Shown here: one piece after another, positions 40,067 through 53,116 of the stretch
Numbering within the stretch: position 1 is the stretch's first letter
Layout: every line of letters begins with the position of its first letter
Assembly: GCF_006345805.1 (NCBI RefSeq)
Contig: NC_043001.1
Span: forward strand, 56,296,001 to 56,360,000
Source: Octopus sinensis
Taxonomy: Eukaryota
Length of the DNA stretch: 64,000 bases
Reading direction: 5' to 3'
Translations under genes and position numbers: made by a program
Notes under the pieces: generated by a model
Database searches by the model: none
What the model saw: the letters and a program-made list of their open reading frames with translations, nothing else
What the model was told of the DNA's origin: nothing

Positions 40067-40236
40067 CTTCGGAACAAGGTCAGCAATTTCGGGGGAGAGA
40101 TATGTCGATTACATCGACCCATGTGCTGGAAGGCAAGGTTGACTTCGGTAGAATTTGAACTCAGCAAGTAAAGATAGAGAAAATGCCACTAAGCACTTCG
40201 CTCGTCGTGCCAACGATTCCGCCAGTTCGCCGTCTA
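40067..40236 (-). mobile_element. tRNA-derived SINE, family 1
   Basis: ggtttcaaacttcggaacaaggtcagc...gaatttgaactcagc...ccaacgattccgccagttcgccg. Confidence 0.75.
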
Positions 40237-40539
40237 AAGAGACTAACTCATATAAAAAATATGTTGGCTGATATGGAGATAGTGTTGATTACTATAAAAC
40301 TGAAGCTGGAAACATAGGAATCACTGGTACTAGTTAGGAAAAGGCATTCAGAAACAGTCAAGTGACAAGAACAAATAGTCTAATGATATCGGTAAATGCT
40401 AAAATGCCAAAATGCCGAACAATTTCGATGATTCTTATCGAGAATATTGGATAGCCAAAGGAAGTAATGAATGTCAACATGCTAATAGTGACTTGTATTT
40501 ATTCATGTGATTGTATAACGATGAAAAGGAACCTCTGCT

Positions 40540-41000
40540 TTCTCTGAAGTTTTATTTCAGCCGTGTTTATAAACCTACAAACCAGCAACATGCAAGAAAT
40601 TGTTTGTAATGTTCAAAGAGCAACGGAAGCTTATTGTTTCTCATGCAAGGTTATGACTCAAGGTGTTCATAAAATTGGAGAGAGGTTTATTTACTGCAAA
40701 ATGCAACCGATCTCTTTGGTCGACATGAAGAAAGTTCCTATAATAGGTAAGCTTTAATTTCATAAAAACAAAGGTAAATGTATCGATTCTCAACTTGTGA
40801 AGGAAATGGAGACTGAAAAGAAGAATTGGCACTCACTGCTTGAGCGAATGATTGAAGTTGTAAAATATTTGGCAGAACAAAGTTTTCATTTAGTGGTCGT
40901 GGTGGAACTGTTTGCTCCCTTCATAATAGAAATTCATTGGACATTTTAGAATTACCGGCTAAGTTTGACCATTTTCCTGTGGAACATATAAAACACTCAG
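40540..41000 (+). mobile_element. hAT-superfamily transposase fragment (pseudogenised)
   Basis: AYCFSCK (TTF-type zinc finger region), KNWHSLLERMIEVVKYLAEQ, then a frameshifted LELPAKFD.F..EHI typical of the DUF4371 region. Confidence 0.7.
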
Positions 41001-41496
41001 CCAAACAAAAGACAAGGAACATAAATCCCAGATGTCGAAATCAATGTGAGGATTTCAGCGATGTTGTTTGATGAATAGTATTTCATTTGATTCTTCTCCA
41101 TGTATGTGTGTGTGAGTGAGTGTCTGTGTGTGTGTGTGTGTGAGTGAGATTGTGTGAATGTGCGTGTGTGTGTATTCCTAGTATATACGATATATATATA
41201 TATATATATGCATGCACACACTCATATACATATACATAAATTTATATTGTTATATTTGGGGATGTCATCTTTTGCTAAATACATATACGTATATCACATA
41301 TATATGTGTGTGTGTATATATATATTAAATATTGGATTGAATTGGATTGTCCATGTTCAGCCCACTGTAGGACGAAGGCCCCACTATGTTCTCTTCACCA
41401 GCCACGGTCCGACCATGTTGTTTCAATTAGCCTACTTTGCTACACTGGTTCGACATTGTTTGACAGGGGAGTGCAGTTTTTATATTCTTACTCAGG

Positions 41497-41668
41497 AATA
41501 GGGAAGTCGATTCCATGGACCCCAGTGCTCCACTGGTACATATTTCATCGACCTCGAACAGATGAAAGGCAAAGTTGGCCCCGGTGGAATTTGAACTCAG
41601 AATGTAAAGACAGGCGAATACTGCTTAGCATTTCGCGAGGGGTGCTTACGATTTTGCCTGCTCGCAAA
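41497..41668 (-). mobile_element. tRNA-derived SINE, family 1
   Basis: agtcgattccatggaccccagtgctccactggtac...gatgaaaggcaaagttggccccggtggaatttgaactcagaatg. Confidence 0.78.
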
Positions 41669-41671
41669 CAT

Positions 41672-41846
<175 letters not shown>

Positions 41847-42639
41847 ATGAACAAGGGAAACCGAATATGAAGTTCACGAGAATCTTATCGGTGACTTGCG
41901 GTAAATATTGGCTGCAGACATCAACCTGTACATTTTGGGCGGGTTACCAAATGTCTTGGACACTGTTTCTCCTTTTTAGAATAAGATATAACATGAAACA
42001 AGATAGCTAAGGGGATAAAGTGTTGGGTTGCTACCACGTGATTCTGTTTTATTTCTGCGCAGAGAACATTGTTATAGATTACTCCATTCTGCCACCCAGT
42101 TAACATTACTTTAGTAACAATGCACAGTTAATCGAGGAAAGTAACCAGTCATACACAAGCTTTCTAACCAGGTATGTGTATATATCTCACGTTAGCTTTG
42201 CACGTTGAAGTCAAAGCTCAGAAAGATATCTTCGAAATTCTTTGGAGTTTAAAACATTTTCCATTAGCATTTTTACAATTCTATAGACTTAAGGCGCTTT
42301 GGAATAAAACATTAAATATTTAGAATATCTTCATTCCAATACATAGAAAATGAAAACGAGGAAAGAGAGCATGTCTAGTGATGACTACTACATGTTGAGT
42401 GCGACATGTTTGATGCTACAGTTGTATTGGATGTTGGATTTCCTCTCTGTACACACGGAGTAAGCTGACATCGAAGCTAAACACTGCAAAGAGCCACTGA
42501 AATTTACACCAAAAGCATCTTGGGTCTTTAACTAGAATCGAACCTAGTTATACTATTCTGAGTTTTAATTTCATTTCTTAATCATATTTTGCTTTCTTCA
42601 AGTGAAGTAATTGATCAACATAGTATGGTTAAGACACGC

Positions 42640-42721
42640 ATAATAATAATAGTAATGATAATAATAATAATAATAATAATAATAATATAATAATAATAAT
42701 AATAAAATAATAATAATAATA

Positions 42722-42794
<73 letters not shown>

Positions 42795-42830
42795 TAATAA
42801 TAATAATAATATTGTTATTAATAATAACGA
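42640..42830. repeat. (TAA)n microsatellite
   Basis: Direct reading. Confidence 0.95.
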
Positions 42831-43911
42831 TATAGGAAATACCATTTTTTCTTCAGTTTACTAGCAATAATAATCATATGATCTGTAAGAAATATGTACT
42901 GAAAAAAATCTAACATTTATAGAAGCTTAAAAATCAGCGAGGAAAGATTTTGGTTGTCAAAAAGTTTGCAGATTTATTCAAAAGAGGGTATTAGCTGATG
43001 TTTGAGAATTAAAAGAACTGGCATAGACAGGAGATAAACTTTGATAGATGGCAATGTGATATGTTAAACCAAAGTGATTGGAGAAATTGAGTTGCCATAG
43101 ATGTAAACAGAGAAGAGAAATAAAAGTGATAAAGATTTGAAAACAAGAATAAATAAAAATAAATTATAAAAGAAAAACTAAAAACAAAGTTAAAACAACA
43201 CACAAGGAAGGATATGTTGTCTAGATAAGAGATTAATAAAAATAAAACAAAGCAAGCAAACGAAGATAGAAATTATAAAAAGAAATTGCAGAACACATCA
43301 CAAATAAAACACAATTCACAGAATTATTGCTTTTTTCTTTTCGGAAAGTTTTCATTTTGTGTGTTGTTGTTTGGTTGTTACTTTAATTGTTTTTTTTTTT
43401 GGCTTTTGTTTCCATTTTTTGTGTCTTGTAAAAAAGTTCTTTTTTTCTTTTTTTTTTGCATTCAATTTTATTCTATTGAATAATGGAAATTCTTGGAACT
43501 TGTGTAGAAATCATTGATCTTACAATAGAGTGTTGTTTTTGAAGTTGAAGATGATGCCATCCTAAGCACGATATTGCTTCTTATAAAGTGGAATTTTCAA
43601 TATATACATATACATATATATATCTTTATGTGTGTGTGCGTGCGCATATATCTATATATGTGTGTGTATGTCTGTGTGCGTCTAAATGTTTGTGTCTGTG
43701 TATGCATTTGTATTTTTTTTATTAATCCATTTCAAATGAAGAACATCAAAAACGGAGATAAAGACAATATTAAAGGAAAGAAAAAAATAAAGAAAACTTG
43801 AGAAAATGATATCAAATTAATGTATGACAAAGAACAAGGAAAAAGAAACGAAATGAATTGTTGAAAAACCCTAATTAAAACACTAAATTAATTTACAGAA
43901 CAAATGATCAA

Positions 43912-44000
43912 CTCTAGATCTTATACAGAGCCAAGGCTTCTACGTGGTCGATTGATCTGTTAGAAATAGTAGCCAAATCGCCCTCAAAAATCATGCTCTC
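43912..44000. repeat. Short interspersed repeat family 4 (also ~12660-12712, 29420-29490, 33495-33600, 61745-61830)
   Basis: Shared motif tagaaatagcagccaaatc(t/g)ccctcaaa or its reverse complement. Confidence 0.6.
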
Positions 44001-44528
44001 CTGTTTTTCATGTTTTTGCATCTTCCTTTGCTCTGCTGGATTCTTGGTAATCAACTTCTTCCATAGACTGGAAGTGATCATTGTGGAGAAAAGTGATACT
44101 ATAAATGGTCCTGTGCGCTGTTTTCGCAGTGCAGCCAATTCTGAGGACGTGATAAGGCAAACTAATGAATTTCACTTCAGTGGTACTTTATTTATATAAG
44201 GCAAATTAAAATGAAGACTGAATAACGGCAAGAGACAGATCCGAGGTTTCATGGAAAATGGCAATCAACCGACCTAAGCCACACCTTACTGAGTTTAAAA
44301 TGCATGTATAATACGTTCGAAAATGGAGTTTAAAAGAGGTTATGATTTCGGTAAGAAAACTTTTGACTGTAATGATGGTCGGTGATTGCTGATCTGGGAT
44401 TAAATAATATAAAACATAGAATGAAATATATCTGATATTTGCTGAAAAGTTCATGTGTAGAGTATATTGTACTTACAAACATACACTTTCTCTCTCCTCT
44501 CTCTCCCTCAACCACTCACGCACGCACG

Positions 44529-44727
<199 letters not shown>

Positions 44728-44760
44728 ATATCTTTCTGCCTGCATGTCTCCATCTGTCTG

Positions 44761-44799
<39 letters not shown>

Positions 44800-45260
44800 T
44801 TACATACACATACATAAACACATGCATACAAATACACACACGCACACAAACCTTCATGCGCACATATACATACATACGCACTAAATCACAAACTTAATGG
44901 AAATGATAGAAATAAAAGCAATCAATGCTAGAGGTAGATTATAAAGAATCTAATTAGGTTAGCTGGAACTAAAAGTGCTGAAGCTGTCAGTTTTAAAAGA
45001 AGAAAATGTCTGTATTTTCAGTCAGCCATGATAGAAGTACAAGCAAAACGTCTGACTGAACGTAAAATTCCTGCAAGTCAACGCAAATCATGCAGATTAA
45101 CAGCAATGTATCTCTGCTCTTGATATCTAGGTCAACTGAACATAGTATATGAACAAAGAACAAGACACTGAAGCACGTAGAAACACACAAGTGATACAAG
45201 CAGCATATATTCGTTCAATCACATGAAGAAATGATATTCTACCTCATTCCCAAAGTTTAC

Positions 45261-45404
45261 CTGGCATTTGAAGGATCAAAAGAGTATAGAAACCCTACAA
45301 TAAAATGGATTATTACTGCAAAAGCATGTAAATACAAGTGTTTCAGTAAGTGAAACGTGTCTGGTATCGAAAATCTCTGAACGCTGTTTCTATTGTCCAA
45401 CATC
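45261..45404 (-). other. Candidate exon (144 nt)
   Basis: Minus-strand acceptor gtttttgttttccttatttgttttag|G and donor CAG|gtaaac. One frame is fully open. No recognisable homology. Confidence 0.3.
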
Positions 45405-45956
45405 CTAAAACAAATAAGGAAAACAAAAACGCCCTTTTCTTGAACACGTATAAACAAATTTAAGTTTACAAACTTTCGAGGATATCTTTCCTAGATACAT
45501 TTCGGCTTCCCATCGGCTATACATTAGGAATTCTGTTGTTAGAAACAATAACAAAAGAAAACTTTGATAATTTCGGCATCCAAGTGAAAGCAGTATTTCA
45601 ACTTAATTTCGTCTCATTTCCCACATTTTCTCACCCTTATACTACCTTTCCACCCTTTCATTATCCATCTCACTTCCGTGTTTTCTTGCCAGTCTTCCTC
45701 TTATCCAACTTAACGCTTCTTTCACTTCTCCACAAAAACAATTCAGGGTAAATATTAATAGAGTATCCTCTGACTTTCCTTTAGAATTATATTCCTGCTC
45801 TGCCATACGATGACTCTTTTATATCAACTCATAAACTGATGTGAACTTTAAGCGAAACAGTTAGTGTTAGTGTTTAGCTGATGTAGGACAGAAACACTGC
45901 AATAGGCCACCACGTGTACAAGTTCTGTACATGTACCTATTATGCACATTGTTTAC

Positions 45957-46045
45957 CGAGTGAATAATCACATGTAGAAAAGGAATCACTGCTATGGGTA
46001 TCCAACTCCTTATAGGCCAGCTGAATTTTGACAATGGAATCTTCC
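45957..46045 (-). other. Candidate exon (89 nt)
   Basis: Acceptor tctttgaattcctcag|G and donor TCG|gtaaac. Open frame EDSIVKIQLAYKELDTHSSDSFSTCDYSL. Confidence 0.28.
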
Positions 46046-46383
46046 CTGAGGAATTCAAAGACATGTGTACGAGTGAATGAACGTATGCACGTAAGCAAGT
46101 TTGAATATGCAAATTTGCAGAAATATATCCTAATATATTCATGCCTCCACGTAATAATGGACACAGCGTTTATTTCTAATTTTATTTATTCATGATTTAT
46201 GATTATTATTATTTACTTCTCTTTCACGCACTAACATGATGAAATCTATTATCCCTTGAGACGTGTACGCACTAGATATACGCAACTGTAATTATGCACA
46301 TATACTGAGTAATATGGATCAAACTCTGTGGCTACAAAGATATATACATAGGTCCAAGAACGTATCAAACAGATGGTATTTAC

Positions 46384-46591
46384 CAGCTGGTGTTGCCATT
46401 AATAGCCACAACAAAACCCGACATGTGTGCGAGTTGTCTCTCTTTCATTCTTATTTCTTATCCTAGTTATTAAAAGTTTGTCTGTCGCGAGAATAATCTT
46501 GTTTGATCACGCCAACACGATATTTGTGCTGCCCAGTCTGAGGATTATGTTTCGCTTTCTATGTCGCCATGCTGCTTGTTGTTGAATGCCT
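46384..46591 (-). other. Candidate exon (208 nt, possible 5' UTR plus start codon)
   Basis: Acceptor ttactcattttaattag|A and donor CTG|gtaaat. Stops in all frames at the 5' side, then ATG-initiated MKERQLAHMSGFVVAINGNTS. Confidence 0.22.
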
Positions 46592-47039
46592 CTAATTAAA
46601 ATGAGTAACTAAAGATACAAATGTTTGCGGCTTGTTTAAATTGACAGCTATAATCTGTTTAGTTTCAGCCAAACATATCAAACTATACACACATATGTAT
46701 ATTTTGGTTAGCAATATGTTTTATAGCTCAGACACTCTTTGACCTAACAAACCTATCACTAGTGGTGTTCAGGCTGGGAACATCCTATTTATTCAAACAC
46801 TCTGCGTCAAAGATTACATACATTATCTAACGTGGTGATCTTTTTATTTAAAACAGTGTTATGTATTTCGCTGCACAATTGGCTGCTATTTCAGACGAGT
46901 CGATTAACCTTGTGGCAGTCCCATTATTGGTTCGTTATCGATGTTTTGATGTTCGATAAGATGTGTAGGATATATAAGATAAAATGTTGGCTGGGAATTA
47001 TATGCACAATGTATGCAATATATATAGCTTTGTATCTTT

Positions 47040-47232
47040 TATCTTTTACTTGTTGCAGTCTGCGTCCATGCAGGGGCACCACCTTGAAGGGATTTGCTCG
47101 AAAGAATCGACCCCAGTACTTTTTTTAAAGCCTAGCACTTATTCTATCGCACTCTTTTGCTGAACCGCAAGGTTATAGAGATGTATACAGACAGACACTG
47201 GCATTCAAGTGGGGTGGTGAGGGACAGACACA
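47040..47232 (-). mobile_element. SINE family 2, 3' part
   Basis: ttttacttgttgcagtc...tcgaccccagtac...aagcctagcacttattctatcg. Confidence 0.7.
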
Positions 47233-47332
47233 AACACAAACACATACATACACACATATACATATATATATATATGCATGTATGTATGTATGTATGTATG
47301 TACTATATATATATATATATATATATACATAC

Positions 47333-47367
<35 letters not shown>

Positions 47368-47599
47368 TAGTACATACATACATACATACATACATGCATA
47401 CATACATACATACATACATACATACATACATCCACACATACATACTTACATACATATATATATTTACCATTACATGATCTTGAGTCTTTTATGAAAATAG
47501 ATTATGAAAGCTTACATTCTATCTTCTCTTTTAAGCACTTTACATGCAGTGTTAATACATTATATGGAGTAAATTTATATTAAGGATTGGGACGTACAA

Positions 47600-47825
47600 T
47601 TTCTTGTAATTCAGATCTTCTCATGGCTTCCGCAGACAAAATGGAAAAGGCTTTGCCTCAGAAGAGAGCAAGGGAGATGCTCTGAAACAACCTCACTGAC
47701 TCACGGGGCTCGCACCTGCGGATAGCCATCTCCACCCCAATAGCGATGAGCAGAGACATGGTCCGGGGTTCGAGAACGCCAGACGTCTCCACTGCCACAG
47801 GCTCGACCACGAACTGTTCGTGTAA
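47600..47825 (-). mobile_element. 3' RLE fragment of a CRE-like non-LTR retrotransposon
   Basis: FVVEPVAVETSGVLEP..LLIAIG..EPRESVRLFQSISLAL.*GKAFSI resembles the CRE-type PVAVET.G..GP..QR.SLA..RGNA..I terminus. Confidence 0.7.
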
Positions 47826-48310
47826 ACTATAAAAATCACTTTCTAAACGGTGGTTCTCTGTTCCTAAACTCACGGGAAAAGCAATGTAAATATATTTAAC
47901 GAAAATAAATCACTTTCGAAGTATTGACACTCTAAAATGAGTGCTGTGTATCTATGATGAACAAAAAATGATTTGAGAGGCGTCAATTAATTACATTTAT
48001 AGTATGAGCAACACCTAAGTTGTGATATATTTAGTGAGAAACGTCAATCTTAGTTAGCCTGAGAATGTTTCATTCTTTAGTCATGAAAATTGTACCTTCA
48101 GTTGTAAGTAATACTAGTGGGTTACAAAATTGCACAAGTTTGTCAAATTTCCAAATTTGTCTCAAAAATAACATCGCAATGTTTATAAGTGGCCACGGTT
48201 TTGATAAGATATTTCATGCCACATTCATTTATACTCTTGAATTGTGTCTTCAACACACACGCTCACAAACATACTCACTCACACCATACACTCACACATC
48301 CATATATATA

Positions 48311-48544
48311 TATAAACAACTTATAAATAAGGGCTAAAGAAAATTATTTCTATGCCAATTTTCTGATAACAGACTTTTAAATCGTCTATTTCCACATATT
48401 ATTTACTCGCTACAGAAAACACGAAGAGCTGAAATCGAGGAAAGCCAGCCAACAGAATTTTTAAAAAAAAGTTCGTTATTTCTATATTGAAGCAATTTCG
48501 GAATTAATCTCATAATAGATTGTTTCCTCTTCAGTAGAAAATAC
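48311..48544 (+). repeat. Direct duplicate of part of the foldback (offset 511 bp)
   Basis: tataaacaacttataaataagggctaaag...cttcagtagaaaatac starts at 48311 and again at 48822. Confidence 0.85.
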
Positions 48545-48756
48545 GAATAGAAATAAATGAAATAGCTACATGCGCCCATGGAAAACAAGCCGAAGCAAAA
48601 GTCATGTGTACACATAAGTACCCCAGATATATCTAAAACTAAAATCCTTTGGTCAGCGTCAGCACACGTGTGAACTGTTCTCCACTACAGCTTATAGTGG
48701 TTACCAGTCCCTATAGCGAATAGTTATAAGTCTACTACTAATATAGGATGAAGCTT

Positions 48757-49291
48757 TTTTACAGAAAATAAATTCCATCAAAAAATGTGGCAGCATATTA
48801 AAATACCTTTAAGGTTAAAATTATAAACAACTTATAAATAAGGGCTAAAGAAAATTATTTCTATGCCAATATGCTGATAACAGACTTTTAAATCGTCAAT
48901 TTCCACATATCATTTACTCGCTACATAAAACACGAAGAGCTGAAATCGAGGAAAGCCAGCCAATAGAATTTTTTTTAAAAGTTCGTTATTTCTATATTGA
49001 ATCAATTTCGGAATTAATCTCATAATAGATTTTTTCCTCTTCAGTAGAAAATACAAGATACTTACGTGCGCCCAATAAATTCTATTGGCTGGCTTTCCTC
49101 GATTTCAACTCTTCGTGTTTTCTGTAGCGGGTAAATAATTTGTGGACATTGACGATTTAAAAGTCTGTTATCAGCATATTGGCATAAAAATAATTTTCTT
49201 TAGCCCTTATTTATAAGTTGTTTATAATTTTAACCTTAAAGGTATTTTAATATGCTGCCACATTTTTTGATGGAATTTTTTTTCTGTAAAA
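48757..49291. repeat. Foldback element: 215-bp inverted arms with 105-bp spacer
   Basis: 48757-48971 is the reverse complement of 49077-49291 with few mismatches. Ends are ttttacagaaaa / tttctgtaaaa. Confidence 0.88.
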
Positions 49292-49559
49292 TATATATAT
49301 ATTTAGAAATTATTTAAAAAAAAGTTACAAATTCTTTATCAGAACATCACTGAACTTTGTGAAAGAAATTTCTTTCTAGTGTATGTAACCGCTTTCGATT
49401 TTCTTTTCAAATACGTGTTCTTGGATAATGTACAAAAGAGGAAGTTGTAATTTTTGTAGTTGTGGTAGTATTAATTATTTCCGGTTAAATTTCACACTTA
49501 GGTTTTCATGAAATATTCTTCCTTTGTCTTTTATAGTTAATCATTTTTATCTAATATTT

Positions 49560-50960
49560 GGTAAAAGGGAATATGTAAATATTCTTTTACCATTGTTTAT
49601 TATATGAAGTCTTAGGTATTTTCGGTTTAGTTTCGGATATAACATTCTTATAAAGTATTCTTCTTTTGCCTTTCGCAGTTGATCAATTTCATCGTTTATT
49701 TTGTAAAATGGGAATATTTAAAAATTTTCATTTGCATAGATATCTAGTTGTTCACTGCAAGGAACATTCTTAAGAGATGAATCCCTAATTAGTTGTTTAT
49801 GCACATTGACACGACTTTAGTTTTTATTGTATTGTGAGCATGTAATGCAGTAGATGAGGTTTTTTTTTTTGCAATTCATGTTTGCATTCACATTTAATTC
49901 CTTCCCATTCTTGAATCTTTTGGTTGTCCCTTGGTCAATTATTTCACATGTCTCCACAGTTGGTTACTTGCATCATTTCTTTTTCAAATGTGAATCTCAT
50001 CTTTGTTAGAAGTCTCTTGAGGTTTGATGGTTGTCTTCGACTGTTGATAATTTGTGATTTTTTAATTATTCGTTGGAAATTTCTTGATTGCTGTAGAATT
50101 GGGAGGTATCATTTGGCTGGGTGCAGGATGTTGTGGTTTCTAGGATTGTGTGAGACTACAAATGGAATATTTTTATTTGTATTTTTGTTTTCACATCTAT
50201 TCTGAGTGTTTCTCCATAAGGTAAAGATCAGGCTTTTCTTTGATTTTGTTATGGCATATTGAATTAACTTGGGGTATTTTTGTTTCTGAAGGAATATATT
50301 AAGTTCTGCCAGTCGTTTCTCTCGTCTAACGATATCTGTGACTATTGAGCATATGCGTCTTGCCATATTAAATGGTATGTTTCTTTTTGTATGGGGAGGA
50401 TGGCAATCTAAATATTGCTGCGTGTTTGTGTTCTTGTAGTAGAGGTCAGCTGTAACTGTCTCATTTTCCTTAATTATCAGATTATCCAGAAAAGGGATTT
50501 CCTTTTCATTCATTTCCATAATAAATTGGATTGAGACACAAATGCTATTTATTAATTTAAGAAATTTTGTATGGTCTTCCTTCCTTTGGTTCCAAAATAC
50601 AAAGCAGTCATCAAAGAATCTTTCCCAGTTTCCTATAAGATAGATTTGGAAGTAGTGATGAAATGTAGTTCTGGACAGACTGTAGATGTTTTCTTCTCGG
50701 TACCCATCACTAATGTGGCAAGTGTTGGTGCAGTTTTTATCCCCATCGCAGTGCCTTGTATTTGTAAATGAATATTGATTATCAAAGAAGTAGTTGTTTT
50801 CTAGAACTATCTGTAAACTTTCAAGTATAAATTCTTTTGAGAATCTCTCCTGAATTCTTTGTGGGTGTCTGTTTATCCAGAATTCTACTGCTTATAGCCC
50901 ATGTACATGGGGATATTTTTGTAGAGACTACTTTGTCAAAGCTAACTAGTACTATCTCTT
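49560..50960 (-). mobile_element. Decayed Penelope-like element (RT + GIY-YIG endonuclease)
   Basis: Reverse strand, in correct order: LVSFD (motif A), QGTAMGIKTAPTLATLVMG (motif B), RFFDDCF (motif C), IPFLDNLI..DLYYK.T.TQQYL.CHPPHTKRNIPF..ARRICSIV (thumb), LIYCITC..VHKQ and PFYK..LRKAKEEYFI..PKLN (GIY-YIG). Confidence 0.88.
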
Positions 50961-51300
50961 TATCTATATAAGATATATGTATACAAACATATACGGAGCG
51001 AGAGAAACAGAGAGAAGAGAAAGGGACGGAGAGAGAAAAACAGAGAGGGAAAACAGGGACATACACATGCTGTTCTTGTTTATGGAATCATTTATATGTT
51101 GTTTCGAAAAGCTGTTGACGGGAGTGGAATGGTTGACAGGGTAAGGGTTATTACCACTCTTCTTGTGGATAACATGTTCGAGGTAGTGTTGGTAAAAGTG
51201 ATGATGGTAACGGTTCTGATACTAATGGTGGTGCATCATTATAAAGCAAGACTTAAACGCAACACTTGTCCCACCTTATCTCTAGCAACGGAATACTTTG

Positions 51301-51461
<161 letters not shown>

Positions 51462-52020
51462 GTAAATAAATAAAACAGTAGAAACACACTCAAGGCCGAG
51501 ATAAATGAAGTTACGGAACAGAAAATGAGTAAAGGGAAATAACTTGAAGGAGTCACTGACATGTTTCTGATCAGGAAAAACCGTAAAATCTAATGAAGTC
51601 TATTGAGTTACAAAAACGAATTCACAGTTGCTCTGTTGTCTCCACACAATTAAACAGTTTATTCCTTAATAATAAGTTAGTTTTCGAAAATTCTTGATTC
51701 TTCATTCTTGCGGTTATCGCCCTTAATTCCCTTGGAGTTAGTATCAATAATCATGTAATGCTTCTGTTCTTTCTGGGAATGGGGGCCATTTCAAGTACAT
51801 TGCACGCGCTCACACACACACACACACTCACATACACACATGCATACACTCATGTATATATATGCACATGCGTGTATATTTGTGTATGTGTATAACTGAT
51901 ATATACTCACACACACACACACATGCAAGAGCAAAAGTGGCTGTATGGCAAGAAGTTTGGTTCCCGTCATACGAGTAGATTTGAAGATGGAAACTGAAAG
52001 AAGTACGTAGCTTATGTCTA

Positions 52021-52075
<55 letters not shown>

Positions 52076-52080
52076 GCCTA

Positions 52081-52155
<75 letters not shown>

Positions 52156-52908
52156 GTACATATACAAATATACATAGATAGGTATATGTATATATATGCG
52201 TATATATATATATGTATGTGTGTGTTTGTGTGTCTGTGTGTGTCTGTGTGTCTGCGTGTGCGCGCGTGTGTCTATGCGCGTATGTGTCTGTGCGTGTGTA
52301 CGTAATATGTATACACACACAGAGACACACACACATATGCACACAAACACACGTATGTATGAGTACACCTTCTAATCAAGGGGGATTACTCTCATGAACG
52401 ATTGTCCAGTTTGTTGTATGACAGTATACGAAGATTAATGTCTTTTTGATAGAGGACGGTAAACATTCTTCAATACGGAGCTTATTAATTTTGTTGGAAT
52501 ATGTGATAACAGTCGTTTGGGAAATGAATTGTTTACAAAGAAAAATTGGTCTCGTAGATTGTTTTAACTATTTTTTTTGTCTCGAAATTTATTATAGTTT
52601 ATATTAGAAATAATTAGTTAAACGAAATTTTCAATTATTGGAAAAATGTTGTTGAATAATATCATTTGCAACTACTATGATGGCCTCTATTCCTCAGAGA
52701 TAACAAGCTGGGCCAATTCCAGACATCCACTTCCAGTCATCCACTTCCGACTGACACAAGTTTCTTTCTTTCATCACACATAGTGTGTCTGACCACTAGA
52801 CGTCACCTTGGTAACTGCCCCTATTTATTTCTCTCCACAACGGCAGCCTTCGAACTCATTCTCTGTACATATGTTCTGTGCTGTCGCTAATTTTATTATT
52901 AACGTCTT

Positions 52909-53116
52909 CAAGGTGGTAACCTGGCAGAATCGTTAGCACGCCGGGCAAAATACTTAGCGGCGTTTCGTCCGTCTTTACGTTCTGAGATCAAATTCCGGTG
53001 AGGTCGACTTTATTTTACATCTTTTCTGGGTCGATAAAAAAAGTATCAGTTGAGCCCTGGGGTTGAAATAATCGACATATGCCTTCCTCTGAACTTGCTA
53101 GCCTTGTGCCAGAATT
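52909..53116 (+). mobile_element. tRNA-derived SINE, family 1
   Basis: A-box-like tggcagaatcgttagc and B-box-like gagatcaaattcc, with the standard body and 3' end ggccttgtgccagaattt. Confidence 0.85.

Noticed and set aside
48520-48540. Minus-strand CTGAAGA-G-GAAA
   Set aside because: No room for stem II and no stem I, so it is probably chance.
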